Shown here: positions 57,887-64,000 of the stretch, piece by piece | Numbering within the stretch: the first letter of the stretch is position 1 | Layout of the letters: each line of letters begins with the position of its first letter | DNA from: Candidatus Nanopelagicales bacterium | Lineage (GTDB): Bacteria > Actinomycetota > Actinomycetes > S36-B12 > UBA10799 | Reading direction: 5' to 3' | DNA length: 64,000 nucleotides | Assembly: GCA_018003655.1 (NCBI GenBank) | Contig: JAGNDY010000003.1 | Location: 4,728 to 68,727, forward strand | Translations under genes and position numbers: made by a program | The notes under the pieces: generated by a model | Database searches by the model: none | Told to the model about the DNA's origin: nothing | What the model saw: only the letters and a program-made list of their open reading frames with translations

Positions 57887-58530
57887 GCGCGCATACTCAC
57901 GAGGTGCCCAGCCAAGAGGTGCCCACGCGCTTCCAGCGCATGCTGTGGCCAAGTATCGGTGTCGGCGTCACGCTGGCCACAACTGCGTACGTTCGCCAGG
58001 TAGACCCCAACCAGCCGGGCCACTACTTGCCGTGTCCGTTGAAGTTCGTCACCGGCATTGACTGCCCCGCGTGCGGCGGGCTCAGATGCGTCCACTCGCT
58101 GACCAATGGGGACATCGTCGGTGCGCTCGACCACAACGCGCTAGCGGTCGTTGTTCTGCCGTTGATCGCCGTCGCCGTTCTCTTTGCGCTTCGCCGTCGG
58201 TGGATCGGACCAGTCCAACCATCGGCCGCAGAGCCAGCCGACCAACCGTCAGCAGGAGAATCCGCGGGCTTCGCGCACTCCGAACCGTTCGTGACTTCGA
58301 CGCCCAGTGGTGTTTCGTCGGACGCAGCCACGGCGAGCGGCACCACGGCGGCCACTGACACGTTGCAGCGGCAGCCGCTACCCGAGACCGATACTGAACT
58401 GTCCGACCAAGCGCGGGCTGCGGCTCGTCGCCAGAAGATTCTTATGACGGCACTCATAATTGTGACGCTGGCATTCACCGTCGCCCGGAACATTCCGTCG
58501 ATACCGTTTCTCAATTCCGCCATCGGCTAG
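57883..58530 (+). CDS. DUF2752-like membrane protein
   Basis: Cys motif CPLKFVTGIDCPACGGLRC after the first TM helix, then a long Ser/Thr/Ala/Pro-rich region and a C-terminal TM. The ATG overlaps the CD225 stop (ATGA). Confidence 0.65.
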   Translation: MSAHTHEVPSQEVPTRFQRMLWPSIGVGVTLATTAYVRQVDPNQPGHYLPCPLKFVTGIDCPACGGLRCVHSLTNGDIVGALDHNALAVVVLPLIAVAVLFALRRRWIGPVQPSAAEPADQPSAGESAGFAHSEPFVTSTPSGVSSDAATASGTTAATDTLQRQPLPETDTELSDQARAAARRQKILMTALIIVTLAFTVARNIPSIPFLNSAIG

Positions 58531-58596
58531 AACCCGCTGAGCCGCCGTTAGTAACCGCCCGTTGGCGATCGAGTCTGAGTCGCTACTCTGGAGCGC

Positions 58597-59412
58597 GTGA
58601 GCGTGCTTGACGACATCCTCGTGGGAGTGCGCGAGGACCTTGAGGTTCGTCAGCTAGCGGTGTCACTTGATGACCTCAAACTGCTGGCCCAATCGGCCCC
58701 AACTCCCCGCGACGCGTTGGCCGCCCTGCGTTCCGACGGCGTGAATGTCATTGCTGAGGTGAAGCGGGCGAGTCCAAGCATGGGTCTGTTGGCGGAGATC
58801 ACTGATCCGGCCGCGCTTGCCGCTGCTTACGAGGCGGGGGGCGCTGCTTGCATTTCAGTGCTGACCGAACGGCGCAGATTCGGGGGCAGCCTGGCGGACC
58901 TCGATGCGGTCCGAGCGGCCGTCGACATACCCGTCCTGCGCAAGGACTTCATCTTCACGTCGTACCAACTGTGGGAGGCTCGGGCGCACGGCGCCGACCT
59001 CGCATTGCTGATCGTGGCGGCACTCGATGATCAGGCGCTCGTGTCGCTGATCGAACGCGCGGAGTCGGTCGGCCTTACGCCGCTGGTTGAGATTCACGAC
59101 GAGGACGAACTCGCCCGCGCACTGGCCGCCGACGCGAAGCTCATCGGGATTAATGCACGCAACTTGAAAACCCTTGACGTCGACCGTGACGTCTTCGCTC
59201 GGATTGCCCGGCTGGTTCCACCGGATATCGTGCTCGTCGCTGAGTCGGGAATTCGCGGTCCCCGTGATCTGGTGAGCTACGCCGGCGTCGGTGCCGATGC
59301 GGTACTGGTCGGTCAGTCGTTGGTCACAGGTCCGGATCCGCGAGCCGCCGTGCACGATCTTGTCGCGGCTGGAGCGCATCCATCAGTCAAGAACCAACGG
59401 GGCACGGGATGA
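58597..59412 (+). CDS. trpC: indole-3-glycerol phosphate synthase
   Basis: [23 protein letters not shown] and INARNLKTL. Confidence 0.92.
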   Translation: MSVLDDILVGVREDLEVRQLAVSLDDLKLLAQSAPTPRDALAALRSDGVNVIAEVKRASPSMGLLAEITDPAALAAAYEAGGAACISVLTERRRFGGSLADLDAVRAAVDIPVLRKDFIFTSYQLWEARAHGADLALLIVAALDDQALVSLIERAESVGLTPLVEIHDEDELARALAADAKLIGINARNLKTLDVDRDVFARIARLVPPDIVLVAESGIRGPRDLVSYAGVGADAVLVGQSLVTGPDPRAAVHDLVAAGAHPSVKNQRGTG

Positions 59413-60638
59413 CGGCGACCACCCCCGATACAGCTGGCCGATTCGGGCAGTACGGCGGCCGGTTTGTGCCGGAAGCCCTGATGGCCGCTCTTGATCAACT
59501 AGACGTGAGTTTCCGTGCCGCGCTAGCCGACCCAGCATTCGTTGCCGAGCTCGACCACCTCCAGCGCACGTACAACGGTCGTCCCAATCCGATCACCGAC
59601 GCAACCCGGCTCTCCGAGCACTCGGGCGGGGCGACGATTCTGCTCAAACGCGAGGACCTCAACCACACCGGCTCGCACAAGATCAACAATGTGCTTGGTC
59701 AAGCACTGCTCACCAAACGCATGGGCAAGACGCGCGTCATCGCCGAGACCGGTGCCGGTCAACATGGCGTTGCGACAGCAACCGCCGCAGCACTGATGGG
59801 TCTTGAGTGCGTCGTGTATATGGGCGAGGAAGACACCGTCCGACAGGCTCTGAACGTCGCTCGCATGCAACTGCTGGGTGCCGAGGTCATCCCAGTGTCG
59901 GTCGGAAGCCGCACCCTCAAAGATGCCATCAACGAGGCGATGCGCGACTGGGTCACCAACGTCGACTCGACGCATTACTTGCTCGGAACCGTCGCGGGTC
60001 CGGCGCCGTTCCCAGAGATGGTCCGCGAATTTCATTCCGTCATCGGAGCGGAGTCTCGCGAACAAGTGCTCGCGCAGTGGGGTCGGCTGCCTGACGCGGT
60101 CGCGGCTTGTGTCGGCGGCGGCAGCAATGCCATCGGCATCTTCCACGCCTTCATCGACGACCCACAGGTCGCGCTATATGGATTTGAGGCGGGTGGGTCG
60201 GGGATCGAGTCAGGTAGGCACGCGGCCACCCTGACCGGTGGGTCCATCGGCGTACTGCACGGTTCGCGTTCGTACCTACTTCAAGACGACGATGGTCAGA
60301 CCATCGAGTCGCACTCAATCAGCGCAGGACTGGACTACCCGTCGGTTGGGCCCGAGCATGCGTACCTGAAAGACACCGGCCGCGCGACCTATCGACCGAT
60401 CACCGACCAGCAGGCCATGGACGCGTTCTCGCTCCTGTGCCGGACGGAGGGAATCATCCCTGCGATCGAGTCCGCTCACGCCATCGCGGGTGCGATGGAG
60501 CTGGGTCGAGAACTGGGACCGGAGGCCATGATTCTGGTCAACCTCTCGGGCCGCGGGGACAAGGACGTGGAGACCGCAGCGCGCTGGTTTGGGCTGCCCG
60601 GCGGAGACGATCAGCAGCCTGAGGATGATCCGTCATGA
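59409..60638 (+). CDS. trpB: tryptophan synthase beta chain
   Basis: [22 protein letters not shown] (PLP Lys), [10 protein letters not shown] and GGGSNAIG; ATGA overlap with trpC. Confidence 0.95.
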   Translation: MTATTPDTAGRFGQYGGRFVPEALMAALDQLDVSFRAALADPAFVAELDHLQRTYNGRPNPITDATRLSEHSGGATILLKREDLNHTGSHKINNVLGQALLTKRMGKTRVIAETGAGQHGVATATAAALMGLECVVYMGEEDTVRQALNVARMQLLGAEVIPVSVGSRTLKDAINEAMRDWVTNVDSTHYLLGTVAGPAPFPEMVREFHSVIGAESREQVLAQWGRLPDAVAACVGGGSNAIGIFHAFIDDPQVALYGFEAGGSGIESGRHAATLTGGSIGVLHGSRSYLLQDDDGQTIESHSISAGLDYPSVGPEHAYLKDTGRATYRPITDQQAMDAFSLLCRTEGIIPAIESAHAIAGAMELGRELGPEAMILVNLSGRGDKDVETAARWFGLPGGDDQQPEDDPS

Positions 60639-61444
60639 GCCGGTTGGCAGAGACGTTTGCCGCCGCCCGGGCGGATGAGCGGGCGGTCCTGATCGCGTAC
60701 CTGCCCGCGGGGTTCCCCACGCTGCACGATTGCGTTCCCGTCATCGCCGCGATGGTCGAAAATGGCGTTGATGTGGTGGAGATCGGGCTTCCCTACAGCG
60801 ACCCATTGATGGACGGTCCTGTCATTCAAGCTGCGGTCACCTCGGCGTTGGCTCACGGGACAACCACGAAAGAGGTTCTGCGTACGGTGGAGGGCGTCGC
60901 TGGCACGGGAGCGCCCACGCTGGTGATGTCGTACTGGAACCCGATCGAACGCTACGGGGTTGATCGATTCGCCAAGGATCTGATGTTGGCTGGGGGAGTG
61001 GGCGTGATCACCCCTGACCTCACTCCCGAGGAAGCCGAACCGTGGATCGCGGCAACGGATCAGTCCGATATAGACAGAGTCTTCTTGGTCGCTCCCTCGT
61101 CGACCGACGAGCGGATCGAACTGGTTGCCAGCGTGACATCGGGGTTTGTCTACGCCGCCTCCACAATGGGCGTGACCGGCACTCGGACCACGGTGTCGTC
61201 GGCGGCCGGAACGCTCGTTGAGCGGGTGCGCAGCCACACCAGTCTGCCGGTGTGCGTCGGGCTAGGCGTGTCCACACCCGACCAAGCTGCCGAGGTCGCA
61301 AGTTACGCCGATGGCGTCATCGTGGGTTCGGCGTTTGTCCGGGCCTTGGCCGAGGCACCCACTCCCGCCGCAGGTGCGGCGGCGGCGGCCAGACTCGCTG
61401 GCGAACTCGCCCAGGGCGTGCGGTCGGCACGAACTGCGAGGTAG
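60635..61444 (+). CDS. trpA: tryptophan synthase alpha chain
   Basis: [31 protein letters not shown] and VGLGVS; ATGA overlap with trpB. Confidence 0.93.
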   Translation: MSRLAETFAAARADERAVLIAYLPAGFPTLHDCVPVIAAMVENGVDVVEIGLPYSDPLMDGPVIQAAVTSALAHGTTTKEVLRTVEGVAGTGAPTLVMSYWNPIERYGVDRFAKDLMLAGGVGVITPDLTPEEAEPWIAATDQSDIDRVFLVAPSSTDERIELVASVTSGFVYAASTMGVTGTRTTVSSAAGTLVERVRSHTSLPVCVGLGVSTPDQAAEVASYADGVIVGSAFVRALAEAPTPAAGAAAAARLAGELAQGVRSARTAR

Positions 61445-61597
61445 CTCCACTCGCGCCGCTGCCAGCACCCCGACTGTTCGTCGGCTACGGTCGGCGGTGA
61501 GGATCGCGGCAACAACCGAGACTTGCGAAACCACAGACCAACCTGACACGTCGAAGCGGCTAAGGGCTGCTGATAACCGGACCTAGGGAGTCGACAG

Positions 61598-62392
61598 ATG
61601 GCGGAATCCACCAAGAATGCGCGTCAGAAAGCCGCGCAGGCTCGGGCCGAGCAACTCGCCGCAGAAAAGCGACGTGAACGGATGATCCGGATCATCGGCG
61701 CGGTCGTCGTTGTGCTGGTTGTCGGCGCCATCATTGGCGGTGCGCTGTACTTCTCTAACAAGGACTCGGGCGGCGACGGACCGAACCCCTCCGCGGCTCT
61801 GCCCACCGGGGTGCAGTCGTCCACCTACGGATACCCCGTCAACCCGACCGAGGCGGCTGGCGTTCCGAACGTTCAGATCTGGGAAGACTTCCAGTGTCCC
61901 GGTTGCGCCCAATACGAGAAGTCCTCCGCAGCGGCCATTGACGCCGAAGCGAAGGCCGGACGCATGAACGTCTTACTGCGGCCAGCTACGTTCCTAGATG
62001 ACAATTTCGGCAATGATGCGTCGGCGCAGGCAACCTCAGCCTGGGGCTGCGCCATCAATGCGGGCAAGTCGCTGGAGTACCACTCGGCCGTATTTGCTAT
62101 GCAGCCCCAGCAGGAGGGCGTCGGCTTCACCCAACAGCAGTTGCTCGATGCCGGCAAGCAGGTCGGCATCACCGGCGACGCACTCACCACATTCGACAGT
62201 TGTGTGAAGGCGGAGACCTTCCTCGGTTGGGCCAGCAACAGCCAAGCGGAGTTTGGCAAGTCCGATGCCAAGGGCACACCGGCGATCTTCGTGAACGGCA
62301 AGGAACTCGAGAACAAGGTGCTGCCCGACAAGACCGGCCTATACACCAATCCAACCGAGCTCATCAAAGCCATCAACGCGGCTGCGAAGTAA
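61598..62392 (+). CDS. DsbA-family thiol:disulfide oxidoreductase, membrane anchored
   Basis: Basic N-terminus, a single TM, then a thioredoxin fold with active site CPGC (WEDFQCPGCAQYE). Confidence 0.75.
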   Translation: MAESTKNARQKAAQARAEQLAAEKRRERMIRIIGAVVVVLVVGAIIGGALYFSNKDSGGDGPNPSAALPTGVQSSTYGYPVNPTEAAGVPNVQIWEDFQCPGCAQYEKSSAAAIDAEAKAGRMNVLLRPATFLDDNFGNDASAQATSAWGCAINAGKSLEYHSAVFAMQPQQEGVGFTQQQLLDAGKQVGITGDALTTFDSCVKAETFLGWASNSQAEFGKSDAKGTPAIFVNGKELENKVLPDKTGLYTNPTELIKAINAAAK

Positions 62393-62405
62393 ATCACCGA
62401 TACCA

Positions 62406-63272
62406 GTGACGAGCTTCTTCGCGTTCATTCCAAGCCCGTCGTCGGGCGTTTGGGACCTGGGACCGGTACCGATCCGGGCCTATGCCCTGTGCATCCTCGC
62501 GGGAATCATCTTTGCAGTCTGGTTCGGGAACAGGCGCTGGGTCGCCCGTGGTGGAACAGCCGGCCAGGTGACCGACGTTGCACTGTGGGCCGTGCCGTTC
62601 GGGATCGTGGGCGCACGCCTGTACCACGTCGCCACCGACTGGCCCACGTATTTTGGTTCCGGTGGGAAGGGTCTCGTCCCTGCGCTGGAGATCTGGAACG
62701 GCGGACTCGGGATTTGGGGTGGCGTAGCCGGTGGGGCGCTCGGGGCGTGGATTGCCTGCCGTCGGTACAACATCCTGCTCCCGCCGCTGGCCGATGCCAT
62801 CGCTCCCGGCATCGCGTTCGCGCAGGCGATCGGGCGGTGGGGCAACTGGTTCAACCAGGAGCTTTTTGGTCGACCGACGGACTTGCCGTGGGGGCTGGAG
62901 ATCTCACCGCTGAACCGGCCAGCCGGGTATGAGCAGTTCGCAACCTTTCACCCGACGTTCCTCTACGAGTCGATCTGGTGCGTGCTCGTGGCCCTGTTGG
63001 TCATCTGGGCGGACCGGCGATTCAACATGGGGCACGGTCGAGCATTCGCCCTCTACGTGGTCGCGTACTGCGTCGGTCGGTTGGTCTTCGAGCTCGTGCG
63101 TATCGATCACGCCAGCCTCGTGTTCGGGATCAGGGTGAACGTCTTTACGTCAGTCCTTGTGGGTGCGTGTGCTGCCGGGTACATCGTCATCTCGGCCCGC
63201 AGACAGCCTGGCCGGGAGGATCACCTCTACCGAGTCGCGCCTGCCCAGGAGGAGTCGGTGGGGACTACCTAG
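62406..63272 (+). CDS. lgt: prolipoprotein diacylglyceryl transferase
   Basis: IRAYALCILAGI and GRWGNWFNQELFGRPTDLPWG; polytopic membrane protein. Confidence 0.9.
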   Translation: MTSFFAFIPSPSSGVWDLGPVPIRAYALCILAGIIFAVWFGNRRWVARGGTAGQVTDVALWAVPFGIVGARLYHVATDWPTYFGSGGKGLVPALEIWNGGLGIWGGVAGGALGAWIACRRYNILLPPLADAIAPGIAFAQAIGRWGNWFNQELFGRPTDLPWGLEISPLNRPAGYEQFATFHPTFLYESIWCVLVALLVIWADRRFNMGHGRAFALYVVAYCVGRLVFELVRIDHASLVFGIRVNVFTSVLVGACAAGYIVISARRQPGREDHLYRVAPAQEESVGTT

Positions 63273-63535
63273 CCAGCCACGCTTACCTGCGCTTTCCTCG
63301 ATCAGCCCGGTCGGGCTAGAATCACCGGCTAGACCATCTGTTGCAGTTGGGCCAACGTCGTCCCGCCTGCGTGCTTCTTGCGGTGTGGTCGGTCATTCAA
63401 GTGCGTGCGCCGAGTCTTGCTTGCGCCCAGTTCGCGCCGAAATTAGACCTGACTCCACCCGGGAAGTGAACCGTTCTCGTGTCGCGGCCTGCGCGACTCG
63501 TTGACGTGCCTGCCACCGATGACAGGAGAACCGAC

Positions 63536-64000
63536 GTGACTCTCTTTACGAATCAACCGACCGCTCAGGGTCTCTACGACCCAGCATTCGAACACGACGC
63601 TTGTGGCGTTGCTTTTGTCGCGACCCTCACGGGCGTTCCCAGCCACCAGATCGTGATGCAGGCGCTTACCGCGTTGCGCAATCTCGATCACCGCGGTGCG
63701 TCTGGCGCGGAGGTCGACACCGGCGATGGCGCTGGCATCCTCGTGCAGGTTCCCGACGAGTTCCTGCGCGCGGTTGTTGATTTCGAATTGCCCGCACCGG
63801 GCAGCTACGCCGTGGGTACCGCCTTCCTGCCAGACGACGATGACGAAGACCGCGAGGCAGTCGCCGTCATCGCCGACATTGTTGGCCAAGAGGGACTTCG
63901 GGTCTTGGGCTGGCGGGACGTGCCGCACACAGCCGAACTCGTGGGAACCACCGCGATGTCGGTGATGCCGCGCTTCCGCCAGTTGTTTGTCGCCGGAGAT
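63536..64000 (+). CDS. gltB: glutamate synthase large subunit, N-terminal fragment (continues beyond the window)
   Basis: My translation from GTG 63536 (RBS AGGAGA 6 nt upstream) is VTLFTNQPTAQGLYDPAFEHDACGVAFVATL...NLDHRGASGAEVDTGDGAGILVQVP... This is the Ntn-amidotransferase domain with its catalytic Cys. It is absent from the ORF track because there is no stop in the window. Confidence 0.85.
   Translation, partial: MTLFTNQPTAQGLYDPAFEHDACGVAFVATLTGVPSHQIVMQALTALRNLDHRGASGAEVDTGDGAGILVQVPDEFLRAVVDFELPAPGSYAVGTAFLPDDDDEDREAVAVIADIVGQEGLRVLGWRDVPHTAELVGTTAMSVMPRFRQLFVAGD

Noticed and set aside
63273-63535. Riboswitch, or GlnR box upstream of gltB
   Set aside because: The 264-bp leader contains a GGCTAGA direct repeat (with a TAGAAT -10-like hexamer) and small hairpins (AGCCC/GGGCT, GTCGCG/CGCGAC). 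Nothing matches a riboswitch class I recognise or the GTnAC-n6-GaAAC GlnR pattern well enough to report.

Overview
This is a high-GC (roughly 65%) actinobacterial chromosomal core region. Nearly all of it is conserved housekeeping genes whose order resembles Streptomyces and Mycobacterium. From left to right the window contains: (1) a lipoprotein fragment, rnd, an atypical orphan LuxR-type response regulator, a DUF3000-like gene, an EamA transporter, hemE and zapE. (2) A looser patch with an AidB-like acyl-CoA dehydrogenase, YihY, a DUF222-HNH nuclease, dinB, DUF3040, patatin and MaoC. (3) A complete dcw cluster: mraZ-rsmH-ftsL-ftsI-murE-murF-mraY-murD-ftsW-murG-murC-ftsQ-ftsZ-pgeF-yggS-sepF-yggT. 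(4) Convergent ileS, then a DksA/TraR-like gene, lspA and rluD, a TetR-SDR-ACAD group, and dnaE. (5) hisD-C-B-(small ORF)-H-A-F, and hisI-trpE continuing to trpC-B-A, dsbA-like, lgt and the start of gltB. I recognised no rRNA, tRNA, CRISPR, transposase or prophage genes. I did not find convincing evidence for a wholly new multi-gene system. The observations most worth follow-up are listed here. A perfect LexA box sits on the start codon of the DUF222-HNH gene, divergent from dinB. A two-component system plus a CD225/DUF2752 pair is embedded in the trp cluster. divIVA is absent from its usual slot after yggT. 10-bp-phased GTGG repeats lie upstream of mraZ. The orphan response regulator has an atypical receiver pocket. 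There are several perfect in-frame tandem duplications. The ileS leader and the sepF-yggT spacer are both structured. All product calls rest on motif recognition by eye and on synteny; no database search was run. Start codons that I moved away from the ORF-track coordinates are inferences.
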